Of a stretch of DNA of 64,000 nt, positions 38,960 through 47,643 are shown piece after piece. This DNA comes from Candidatus Poribacteria bacterium (GTDB lineage: Bacteria > Poribacteria > WGA-4E > WGA-3G): assembly GCA_965205015.1 (NCBI GenBank), contig OZ242029.1, positions 1,792,001 to 1,856,000 on the forward strand, in the 5' to 3' direction. Under the pieces are notes generated by a model. That model saw nothing but the letters and a program-made list of their open reading frames with translations, made no database searches and was not told where the DNA came from. Each line of letters opens with the position of its first letter. Within the stretch, counting starts at the first letter, position 1. Position numbers and translations under genes: made by a program.

Positions 38960-40222
38960 TTAATATTGAAAACCGAAACCGAGCGAAAAGGTATTTTCTC
39001 GGTTTTTATCTTTTGCCGCTAACCGACGAAGGGAATAATGGCTCTTGAAAACCATCTTTGGATGGACATGGTAGTTAACGCCAAAAGTCCATGCAGTTCT
39101 TTCCCATCGTGGATTGTCGAAGATAATACCTTCAACACTCGCCATTGTATCGTAAGAATCGTAACGCGCAAAAACATCTAAGACCTGGTCGTCTGGCGGA
39201 GTGTCCTGCAGATCTTGGTGTTCCGTGCCGTTGTTAGGTTGTCTGAAAAGTGATAATAGGTCGTAACCCGCCTCAATGTACCAACCTAAGGCTGAACTCC
39301 CTATCGGAGTTCGCTTTGCATTGAGATTATTGGAGAGGGTCCGGTTGACTTTAGACAGTTGATCGGCATTCTCAAGCATTCCCCATAGAAATAACCCGCG
39401 AACTTTCACAGCATTCATTTCGTAGAATCCGTGAATGCTTGCAATTCCGACATGGGCATCGAAATCTACGTCAGGTTTCGGTCGATTTGCCGCGGTATCT
39501 CCGTAATAACCGGAGATGCCGATGGTAGCGTTTTCATTAAACACATAATCGAGGCGTCCGACGAATGCCGGTGCTTCGGCGTTGATTGTTTCAAATCGGA
39601 GTTGGTGTCCGCGAACGATCCAGTGCCGAGAACTGAAACCCGTTGAATCCAGTCCATTAACAATTTGTGCCTGATAGTTCAGTGAACCAAGCGATCCAAA
39701 AATTTCAATACCTGTTTCATGCCAGATGGTTGGAATAATGTGTGCTTCCGCTTCGGGACGCGTTGTCGTAAAATAATGTTGCGGTCGATGCCTTTTGGCG
39801 ACGAGTCCTACTGGGACGATGATATGCCCAACGCGGAGATTTAAGGATGGCTGGAAAGAAAAGACAGCGGCAAGTTTTTCGACAATAATTTCGCCGCCTT
39901 TTTCGATCTCTGTCTCGAATTCTCCGAATTCTTCAAATTTGTCAAATTCCATCGTGCTACCGGTGCCACCGTGCTCAAACTCAAGCTCCGATTCCAGTCG
40001 AATGGTATCATTGATACGGTATTTTGGCGCGATAACGAAACGTTCTACATCGATGGCGGCGCGCCTGCCTGGATCGAGTTCCCAATCGAAATGGGAGTAG
40101 TGAATCACGCCGTAGCCAGAGACAGAAAATGGATTTGATTCAGCAATAACACCAACACTGAGTGAAATAAACATTCCACAAACCGCAAGAAATCTTATAG
40201 AATTTGCCAGTTGTTTCTTCAT
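38960..40222 (-). CDS. Outer-membrane porin-like protein of imelysin/diheme iron-uptake loci
   Basis: Signal peptide; SGYG, ELEFEHGG, HRPQHYF, IPTIWHETG, GWYIEAGYD; terminal GFQY. Confidence 0.75.
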   Translation of the reverse strand: MKKQLANSIRFLAVCGMFISLSVGVIAESNPFSVSGYGVIHYSHFDWELDPGRRAAIDVERFVIAPKYRINDTIRLESELEFEHGGTGSTMEFDKFEEFGEFETEIEKGGEIIVEKLAAVFSFQPSLNLRVGHIIVPVGLVAKRHRPQHYFTTTRPEAEAHIIPTIWHETGIEIFGSLGSLNYQAQIVNGLDSTGFSSRHWIVRGHQLRFETINAEAPAFVGRLDYVFNENATIGISGYYGDTAANRPKPDVDFDAHVGIASIHGFYEMNAVKVRGLFLWGMLENADQLSKVNRTLSNNLNAKRTPIGSSALGWYIEAGYDLLSLFRQPNNGTEHQDLQDTPPDDQVLDVFARYDSYDTMASVEGIIFDNPRWERTAWTFGVNYHVHPKMVFKSHYSLRRLAAKDKNRENTFSLGFGFQY

Positions 40223-40239
40223 GAATATGATTTTTTATA

Positions 40240-40260
40240 TGATATTGAGACTCATTATCA
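40240..40260. promoter_or_regulatory. Fur-like box 5
   Basis: TGATATTGAGACTCATTATCA. Confidence 0.85.
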
Positions 40261-40320
40261 TATTTAGTCTTTGATTACTCGGTATTTTGAATATTTGTTG
40301 GAGATCGCGTTCTAAAAAAT

Positions 40321-40341
40321 TGATAACGAATCTCATTATCC
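40321..40341. promoter_or_regulatory. Fur-like box 6
   Basis: TGATAACGAATCTCATTATCC, 10 bp downstream of a -10 box. Confidence 0.75.
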
Positions 40342-40350
40342 TCATCATAA

Positions 40351-40451
40351 ATTATACACAGGATTTTCGCGAATGTCAAAAAAATCGCGAGTAATTCGCA
40401 AATAACCCCATGGATTGTATTAATTATACTCACAATTTTCGCAAATGTCAA
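40351..40451 (-). promoter_or_regulatory. Two tandem sigma70 promoters
   Basis: TTGACA-N17-TATAAT at 40379-40351 and again at 40451-40423. Confidence 0.75.
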
Positions 40452-40581
40452 AAAAATCTGCAAAAAATATCAAAGTTTGCAATCCACTAAAATCTGTCGG
40501 ACCACCACACGTGTGAATGACCGAGTGGGAAGAGGGTATCCAGCACGGGGATAATTTCCTCGGCTGCCGAATGAGCAATCC

Positions 40582-41376
40582 TCAGACATCGTTCGCTTGG
40601 TCGGCCAGCCAGGCGGATTTAATGGTCCGCCACGCCTCGTCGGTCATCGTGCGTCGCCAATACGGAGAGATCGAGGCCTTTTTTCTGTCGATCCCGCGTT
40701 CGGACAATAGGTGCTTGCGCACTGCTCGGACCTCGCCGGCCTCCCCGTGGACGAACACATCCACGGGGCCCGGGGCAAAGTCCAGGCCAGCAACCGCATC
40801 GGGTAGCAGCGTCACAGGATCCTCGGTGCTGCGCCGATGCAAATAGGTGATGTTGAGATCGCCAGGCGTGGTGAGCACCAATTCGTCATCGGGACCGTCG
40901 ACGACTGCTAACACCACCGCGCGAGCACCTGGTGTGAGTGCCTCCAGTGATGCGCCAATAGCCGGCAACGCACTCTCGTCGCCCGCCATGAGGTGCCACG
41001 CCGCATCGGGGTCAGGAGCGTATGCACCGCTCGGTCCCATGAACTGGAGGCAGTCACCCGACTGGGCGCGTTGCGCCCAGGGACCTGCGTAGCCGTGGTC
41101 GCCGTGGACGACAAAGTCGATGGTGAGTTCCCGCCGGTCGTCGTCCCAAGCGCGCACCGTGTAACGGCGGCCCCGGGGCCGGTGGGTGCTGTCGACTGCT
41201 TCAAAGTCAGCCGGATCAAATGGGGCTGTGTAGGGTTCCCCGCCGGGAAAGAACTGGGCGTTGATATACTGATCCGAATAGGGGGTGGAAATGAATCCGT
41301 CCAGGTCGCCGCCGCCTAACACGACGCGCACCATCGACGGGGTCAAGCGTTGGGTGCTTCGCACTACTCCATACAT
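40582..41376 (-). CDS. Siderophore-interacting protein (ViuB/SIP ferric-siderophore reductase), high GC
   Basis: LTPSMVRVVLGG, RRYTVR, IDFVVHG, GPSGAY, LMAGDESALPAI, VFVHGEA, SISPYWR; GGAGG RBS. Confidence 0.92.
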   Translation of the reverse strand: MYGVVRSTQRLTPSMVRVVLGGGDLDGFISTPYSDQYINAQFFPGGEPYTAPFDPADFEAVDSTHRPRGRRYTVRAWDDDRRELTIDFVVHGDHGYAGPWAQRAQSGDCLQFMGPSGAYAPDPDAAWHLMAGDESALPAIGASLEALTPGARAVVLAVVDGPDDELVLTTPGDLNITYLHRRSTEDPVTLLPDAVAGLDFAPGPVDVFVHGEAGEVRAVRKHLLSERGIDRKKASISPYWRRTMTDEAWRTIKSAWLADQANDV

Positions 41377-41449
41377 AGGTCTACCTCCGTTTTTCAGTTG
41401 ATTTTCGTGAATCTCAAAAAATTCCTAAAATTTTCTATAAGTTAGATGA

Positions 41450-43969
41450 TTACATACCGAACCAATATCGGCATTTCACCAGAAAGATATTTTCCCCTTC
41501 ATCGGTGAAACTGCTTCCCAAACTCTGGAATGGACGGAACGCAAAGTCAGCTTCCCCGACGGATACCAAGTCAGCTTCTCGTGATTGCGTCCAAACCAAA
41601 AACAGTGTGCTTCCAGGTTGGAACTCCCAGCGGAGCACGGTGTTGCCTCGCAAAGATCGCCAATGGAAGTCTCGATTTCTCTTCAGGGGATACGGTTTGA
41701 ACTGATAGGTCTTCGGTGCCATGAGCTCCTTGAAGTTGGTATATTCACCGACCGTCAAGAAGGGTTGCAGGTAGAGCTGCAGACTCAGTGTCGGTGTAAA
41801 ACTGATGTCGGCGCGCGTGGTAAGGTCAAGCGTTTGACTTTTTAACTCGCCATAGACATAGTGTTTTTTGATCTGTCCATTGACATTCTCTTCGACCAGA
41901 TCTACCCATTGGGCATCCCTTACACCGTAGTTATAACTCGGACCTATCGTAAACTCAATATTGGGTGCGAGGCGAATGCGGATACGGAGGTCCACCTCGG
42001 AGCCATAACTCTGTCTATTGTTCTCCCAATAATAGATAGGCGTTCTCCACCAACGCGGATTCAACTGCAGCTGAATCCTTTTACGGCTATCGGTTGAGAG
42101 CGATGTGAACATCCACCAGACGGCTGGTCTCTTAAGCAGGATGCCGCCGCGTCGAAGATCGCGATCGCTAAACGATTCAAGATTGCGTCCGGCTCCCAAC
42201 GTATATGTCCAATAATTCTTGAATTGCGCCTCTACTGCTATATCGTGGTAACGACTCAGACTGTCACCCTCGTAGGTCCAGATGCGATCACCAGAGGCGT
42301 AAAGAGAAACGCGTCTGAAGATGCTAAAAGGTCTCTCCTTGTTTGCCGAGAGGTAATAGGTCCAATCCAGCCTACCAGTGTTCCAAATGATACCGAGGTC
42401 GTTGATATCGAAATCAGGTGATATCGCTTCCAGATATGTTTCGCCTCTCAGCCATCCGCCTCGTTTATCGATCTCAAGGAGCGCGATATATCCCGACTTG
42501 CGTGCATCCGGTTTCCCCGCTTGGCTTCCCGCAAGGGTCCCCGTTATCTGGTACATATCATTGGCAAATCTCAAATCCCAATCGAGACCACCGACATACC
42601 CTGTGTGAGAATCCCATCGATTCACAGCGGTTGTTATCAGCCCAAGGGTCGAGGTCCCTTTTAGGACGCTTTGCTTAAGTCGACCGACAAAGTAATTCGT
42701 TAGGGGTTCAACGAGGTGATCGCTTTGGACTTTCTTGCCATTGATCGTCCGTTCAATCTGTGCGTGCTCTGGCGCAGTGATGGCTTCCATGATGCCGAAA
42801 GAGGTTCCGCCTTCCGTTCTGCCCACAATCTTAGCGGCACCGAGAATCGTTGTCGCTTCCGGGCGACTCAGTTCGGTAGCATCGTGGGGGACCTGAAAAT
42901 GCCCGGGTCTGCGCCCAATCCGACGCGAGTAAAAGAAAAGATAATCCGCGTGGTCAAAGGCAGTTGAATCTTTAACAAAGAAGGGACGACGTTCCGAAAA
43001 ATATTCCTCATAAGCGGAAAGATTTAACGTCGCGGGATCGGCTTCCACCTGTCCAAAATCGGGGTTAACTGTTGCGTCAAGTGTAATTCCGGAGGTAATC
43101 CCCAGTCGCACATCAGTGCCGATATTGCCCCATAAGTCGGGGTCATCGTCGAACCGCGTGCGTCCCATAACATACGGCACAATCTCAAGATGACGGGGTG
43201 GATTGATGTTTTTGATACCGGTGAGATCCCCAAAGCGGGACACCCAACTCGGCGCATCGAGCTTGACCAACCGCCAGTGATCCATCTCTTTTTTACGACT
43301 GATGTATCGCTCGACCTGCAATCCCCACGTGTATTCATCTTTTGGGGAGAAACGCAATATATAAAACGGGATTTTATACTCGGCTGCCCACCCATTGTCG
43401 TGAATCTGAGGTTTCACATCCCACACACCGTCCCACGTATCGTCAAACGGAGGGTTATATTCATCCGTAACAGTACCGTCCGTGACAGACCCAGAGGAGT
43501 AAACGGTAAACCAAAACCCACGTACTCGGTTCTGATGTGGAGCAAGGCTGATGGTAACTCTATCCGATTCGATATCAGTGTCTCGCCTGACCAGTCGAGA
43601 GACAATTTTATCGGGTTCACTGTCATAACACATCACCCCAAAATAGAGTGCCTCATCATCGTAAGCGATTTGGAACGTAATGCGTTCGGTTGCCGGTTTC
43701 GCTTCATCGGGTTCGCGTTGACGAAAGCCTTCGTGGAGGGGGGCATTTTTCCATATCTCATCATCTAAAACGCCGTCCACTTGCGGTGGTGTACCGGTGA
43801 TGCGTATAGCGATTGCGGTTCGGTGCGCGGCTGCGTTTGCGTCTTCAGCGAATACATTGCCTGTGGCTTGAAAGATTAGAACAATTGCAAGGAACACCCA
43901 AAAACTCCGAAAGCCCACGTTACTTTTTTCAGGTAACTTCCTCTCTTTTTTCAGATTCTCCAGATACAT
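41450..43969 (-). CDS. CBM9-like + DUF5916 outer-membrane protein
   Basis: PPQVDGVLDDEIW, WDGVW, WAAEYKIPF, TVNPDFGQVEAD, ERRPFF, FYSRRIG, LRWEFQPGSTLFLVW; AAGGAG RBS. Confidence 0.85.
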   Translation of the reverse strand: MYLENLKKERKLPEKSNVGFRSFWVFLAIVLIFQATGNVFAEDANAAAHRTAIAIRITGTPPQVDGVLDDEIWKNAPLHEGFRQREPDEAKPATERITFQIAYDDEALYFGVMCYDSEPDKIVSRLVRRDTDIESDRVTISLAPHQNRVRGFWFTVYSSGSVTDGTVTDEYNPPFDDTWDGVWDVKPQIHDNGWAAEYKIPFYILRFSPKDEYTWGLQVERYISRKKEMDHWRLVKLDAPSWVSRFGDLTGIKNINPPRHLEIVPYVMGRTRFDDDPDLWGNIGTDVRLGITSGITLDATVNPDFGQVEADPATLNLSAYEEYFSERRPFFVKDSTAFDHADYLFFYSRRIGRRPGHFQVPHDATELSRPEATTILGAAKIVGRTEGGTSFGIMEAITAPEHAQIERTINGKKVQSDHLVEPLTNYFVGRLKQSVLKGTSTLGLITTAVNRWDSHTGYVGGLDWDLRFANDMYQITGTLAGSQAGKPDARKSGYIALLEIDKRGGWLRGETYLEAISPDFDINDLGIIWNTGRLDWTYYLSANKERPFSIFRRVSLYASGDRIWTYEGDSLSRYHDIAVEAQFKNYWTYTLGAGRNLESFSDRDLRRGGILLKRPAVWWMFTSLSTDSRKRIQLQLNPRWWRTPIYYWENNRQSYGSEVDLRIRIRLAPNIEFTIGPSYNYGVRDAQWVDLVEENVNGQIKKHYVYGELKSQTLDLTTRADISFTPTLSLQLYLQPFLTVGEYTNFKELMAPKTYQFKPYPLKRNRDFHWRSLRGNTVLRWEFQPGSTLFLVWTQSREADLVSVGEADFAFRPFQSLGSSFTDEGENIFLVKCRYWFGM

Positions 43970-44013
43970 GGTAGAACTCCTTTTTATGAGAAAAATCGGA
44001 TGTTCCTGTTTAT

Positions 44014-44034
44014 TGAAAATGAGATTCATTATCA
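44014..44034. promoter_or_regulatory. Fur-like box 7
   Basis: TGAAAATGAGATTCATTATCA. Confidence 0.75.
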
Positions 44035-44271
44035 ATAATAGTGATCGGTAGACGCACTTATTTTAAACCACATCGCCGTCTAAGGTGTTAGGGAACCTCG
44101 TTGCAGTTCCTCCAACTCGGTAAGGACTCCTTTCCAGTAAAGGCAGTGTAAACTTTTTGCTCTGATAGTTTTTCTGTTTTGGAAAAACATAGAACGGGTT
44201 TTATAGAGGTTTATCGATTTTTGCTACCAATAAACCCCTATAGAAATTCACTATTTTTCTAAGCGATTGGT

Positions 44272-44892
44272 TCAATCGACCCATCGGAGGACATCATGCA
44301 AAGGTTGCCGCTTCGGTGTCGGAATTTCCTCTGGATAGCCCATGTAGTAGAAGCCTATGATATACTCATTTTCTGAATCAATACCGAGGAGATCGTAAGT
44401 TCCTTGTTCTAACGTAATCCCACCAGTGCTCCACTGCATACCGATGCCCTGTTCCCAACCAGCGAGTTGAATGTTGAGCATGGAACAACAGACGGACGCA
44501 TAGTCTTCTCGCTGACGTTGGTCATCTCCTTCTTGAATGCAGGAGATCGAGACGATTGTCGGTTTGGACATGAACTTCTGGAATCCACGTTCTCCGATTT
44601 CAGCGAGCGTTTCTTCTGTCGCTGCCTTAGCCGCCTCCGGATTGGATGTCACTTTCTCAATCTGAATTTCGGCGTATCGTTCGGCGAGTTTCAGCTTCAC
44701 TTCTTCGCCAATGACGGTAAACCGCCACGGTTCAGTCAGATGGTGGTTTGGTGCCCAGATGCCAGCATAAAGAATATCTTCAAGGACATGTTTCGGGACT
44801 GGGTCTGGCTTAAACTTGAAAATCGTCCGCCGCGACTCAATCACTTCCATAACAGACATCTTTCCGTTGGTGCTGGTGTTAATCTGTGTCAT
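44272..44892 (-). CDS. Nitroreductase family protein (YdjA-like)
   Basis: IESRRTI, WAPNHHLTEPWRF, EDYASV, GIGMQWSTG, YMGYP; AAGGAG RBS. Confidence 0.88.
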   Translation of the reverse strand: MTQINTSTNGKMSVMEVIESRRTIFKFKPDPVPKHVLEDILYAGIWAPNHHLTEPWRFTVIGEEVKLKLAERYAEIQIEKVTSNPEAAKAATEETLAEIGERGFQKFMSKPTIVSISCIQEGDDQRQREDYASVCCSMLNIQLAGWEQGIGMQWSTGGITLEQGTYDLLGIDSENEYIIGFYYMGYPEEIPTPKRQPLHDVLRWVD

Positions 44893-45042
44893 TATTTGCT
44901 CCTTAATAATTGAAAAATAAAGATTAACGAGTCTTCTCTGTCTAAAACAACAAAGAAATTCTCTAAGCCTCATTCTTGGGTAAACATAGATGTTAATTGA
45001 ATCGAACATCTGTGGTTATGGTCATCAGACCGACTATGAGAT

Positions 45043-45870
45043 TTATAATGAATTGTTCTCTGAATTCCGTTTTACAGCAACTAACATAATAGCGGCGAGA
45101 TTCTCTGCATAATCCCGAAACACCTGTCGCATGGTTTTCACTCGGTGCCGGGCTTCGCTGTCACGTAAAACATTCCGCCCGAAACGGAGTGCGCCCCAAA
45201 ACCCCTCATCCTGAATCAAGCGTTTCGGTTCCAGCAGATGCATGGGGGCAGTTGCTTGGGTATGGACGATGAACCCTTCAGCTTCTAACAGTGCCCGCCA
45301 TTCAGGGACGGTGAGCGGACGGGCACCGACATGTATAGCATCTGTGAGTGCTTTCTGAATCTCTTGTTTGGTATCTTCATCCAGATCTTCCGGAACAAGA
45401 CAGAGTTCATGAATCCCATAACGGCCTGTAGGTTTCATCAACCGAAATGCCTCTTGTACAATCTGCTGCTTTTTACCTGGGGTCTGCATCGTCAACATGG
45501 CTTCGCCGTAGACAACGGTTGCTGTTGTGTCTGGAAGTCCTGTCGCTTCTGCCCGTCCGATCAAACACGTTTGATGACTTCCCGTCAAGTACCGACGCAC
45601 TGCGTTGGCAGCGGCTTCGTCACGTTCAACAGCAGTATAAGAGGCAGGTTTCTGGTTCAATGTGAGTTGTGTCGTAAACCCCAAGCCCGGTGCGAACTCC
45701 ACCACATCATCTGAAGATTTAATACACAATCCATTCAACATCTGCCGGGTTAGTTCTCGTCCACCAGGTCGCAGAACACGCTTTCCGAGTCGAGCCAAAA
45801 GCCAGTGTCCGGGCATTTTGATGGTGTCAAGTTTCTCACCGAGGGTTCCTTCTTGGTTGTTGGTATCCAT
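45043..45870 (-). CDS. Class I SAM-dependent methyltransferase
   Basis: MPGHWLLARLGKRVLRPGG, VVEFAPGLG, YGEAMLTMQ, GRYGIHE. Confidence 0.85.
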   Translation of the reverse strand: MDTNNQEGTLGEKLDTIKMPGHWLLARLGKRVLRPGGRELTRQMLNGLCIKSSDDVVEFAPGLGFTTQLTLNQKPASYTAVERDEAAANAVRRYLTGSHQTCLIGRAEATGLPDTTATVVYGEAMLTMQTPGKKQQIVQEAFRLMKPTGRYGIHELCLVPEDLDEDTKQEIQKALTDAIHVGARPLTVPEWRALLEAEGFIVHTQATAPMHLLEPKRLIQDEGFWGALRFGRNVLRDSEARHRVKTMRQVFRDYAENLAAIMLVAVKRNSENNSL

Positions 45871-45931
45871 TGTTTCCCCTTTTGCCCTTGGGATTAATGT
45901 TTTGACCAGGTAATAAGCTGTTTAATTTTAT

Positions 45932-45952
45932 TGAAAGTGAATCTCATTATCA
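45932..45952. promoter_or_regulatory. Fur-like box 8
   Basis: TGAAAGTGAATCTCATTATCA. Confidence 0.7.
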
Positions 45953-46034
45953 CATACGGCTTACCATCTTTTGTAGGAATTTCGATCTTGCGCTGGAGCG
46001 GACGCTTGAAAGAAATCACCTAACTTCAATAAAA

Positions 46035-46055
46035 TGATAATGAGACTCATTTTCA
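46035..46055. promoter_or_regulatory. Fur-like box 9
   Basis: TGATAATGAGACTCATTTTCA. Confidence 0.85.
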
Positions 46056-46128
46056 TCTTCGTGCCTGCGTTGCTCGCGAGGGTCCGAAAACTCGCGGGAA
46101 TTGCAGATAACCGCACGAATCGGATATA

Positions 46129-46157
46129 AGTATACACACAATTTCTGTAAATGTCAA
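46129..46157 (-). promoter_or_regulatory. sigma70 promoter
   Basis: TTGACA-N17-TATACT with TG. Confidence 0.7.
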
Positions 46158-46249
46158 AAAAATATTAAAATTTTTTTAGTAAAAGCCCAGAATAGAGGAT
46201 ATTAGCGGTTCAATTACCGCTTTTTTTATTTGAACCATTTTTTACGATC

Positions 46250-46768
46250 TTACTGTTTTTCCCAGATTTGCACGTCATGTCCTGGTACATCAAACGGATA
46301 TTCACCATAAACCAGCGAAAGGGACCCGTCATCAGTGAGTTTCCAAACAATGTGAAGTTGATGTGGTGAAACGCTGGTGTCCACGCGCTCAAGGAACATG
46401 AGTTGCGAGTCGTCGTCGGTTGTTATGTTCCCCTTTGTCCAGAGAATACCTTCACCATCCGTGTAGATTCCTTCGGACAGCAAGACCTTGTGTGGTATCT
46501 CTGGGGGTAAGGTAAAACTTTCGCCTATCGTAAAAGGCGAGTTTGGGTTTGTTTGCACGGCGAGTTTCCAAGTTCCGCGGACAGGCACTTCAACACCATT
46601 TTGATCGACAACCCAAATATGATCGCGTTCTTGTATCGGAATTGAGATGTCTATCTGGGAAGTCCCTGGTTTTACTATTTGCTGAGCCCGATCGCATGAG
46701 AAAAGTCCTGTAACTAAAGTAATAATAGCCAGTATAGATGCGAATTTTGTGATTTTTTTTATGTTCAT
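46250..46768 (-). CDS. Hypothetical lipoprotein
   Basis: AAGGA RBS + ATG 46768; lipobox LFSC. Confidence 0.6.
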   Translation of the reverse strand: MNIKKITKFASILAIITLVTGLFSCDRAQQIVKPGTSQIDISIPIQERDHIWVVDQNGVEVPVRGTWKLAVQTNPNSPFTIGESFTLPPEIPHKVLLSEGIYTDGEGILWTKGNITTDDDSQLMFLERVDTSVSPHQLHIVWKLTDDGSLSLVYGEYPFDVPGHDVQIWEKQ

Positions 46769-46867
46769 GTTGAATTCCTTTGTTCTTTGAATGAAAAAGT
46801 TATGTTGTGCACATTTTCTTTCGAAACCATAGGCTTCTTTATATTGTATCCACAATTTTCCTAAATT

Positions 46868-47524
46868 TCAAAAAAAATTGTAAAAATCATAGAACGTCTC
46901 AATCGGACATTCAGGTCTCAGCACTTGGTACGGAAAGCATTGAAGGCAACCGTCAACCGTTTTTTGCTTGCTAAGACACTCCAAGAACTGTGAGGCAGTG
47001 GGTTGTCGAACGGATCCCTTGCGGGCAACAAATTGTCCCCACAATGCCCAAAATTCGGTTTCATAACCTACGGGTTTCGTCGTCTTAACATAGTCTGGTG
47101 GAAAGAGTCTAAGGTAGGCAGGTATATTGTAAAGCCAAGATCCACCGCGCACCGTTTCCACGTCAGGATGATTTGCTTGGATGTGTCGAAACATCGCTGA
47201 CAACTCCGACTTTCGGACGGGCATTCTTTCTTTGCTTAAGGTGCCGTGTTCAGAGGTTTCACGGTTTTCAAAATGGAGCCGAAGTTTTTTCGTATTGCGC
47301 CACGGGTAGACGTAGGAGAAACACCCGAAAAATTGCCGATCATCAGGAGTATCTGACTTCACTGTCATCCGTTGGAGATAGAAATTGTATGTCCAATCTT
47401 CAGGATTATCAGACGTGCAAAGACCTTCGATGAACGCATCCCACAGTGGGTTGGGAAGATCGTGAGAAACTCGCAGGTTGAACAGAGTTCGCAAAATTGT
47501 GTAGTCTATCAACACATCTTCCAA
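46868..47524 (-). CDS. Hypothetical protein
   Basis: 218-aa ORF co-oriented with neighbours; LRLHFEN...GGSWLYN...LWGQF. Confidence 0.6.
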   Translation of the reverse strand: MEDVLIDYTILRTLFNLRVSHDLPNPLWDAFIEGLCTSDNPEDWTYNFYLQRMTVKSDTPDDRQFFGCFSYVYPWRNTKKLRLHFENRETSEHGTLSKERMPVRKSELSAMFRHIQANHPDVETVRGGSWLYNIPAYLRLFPPDYVKTTKPVGYETEFWALWGQFVARKGSVRQPTASQFLECLSKQKTVDGCLQCFPYQVLRPECPIETFYDFYNFF

Positions 47525-47643
47525 AGCCCGATCGGAGACATCGGCGATTTTTTGGGCGAATCTAATTTGTAATATCAGAAAGTCCTTAGCATATTGTATC
47601 AGGGTTCTACCTCGTTTATTAGCGTTTCAACCGGAATGATGCA

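Noticed and set aside
41395-41425. Tenth Fur-like box upstream of SIP (and half-site at 23342)
   Set aside because: Only the central GAATCTCA or one half-site matches; too degenerate to call.
44040-44270. Cobalamin riboswitch upstream of the DUF5916 gene
   Set aside because: Only an ACTGGAAAGG fragment matches; core GGGAA-CCGGTG/GCCCCCGCAACTGT elements are absent; a Fur-like box explains the regulation.
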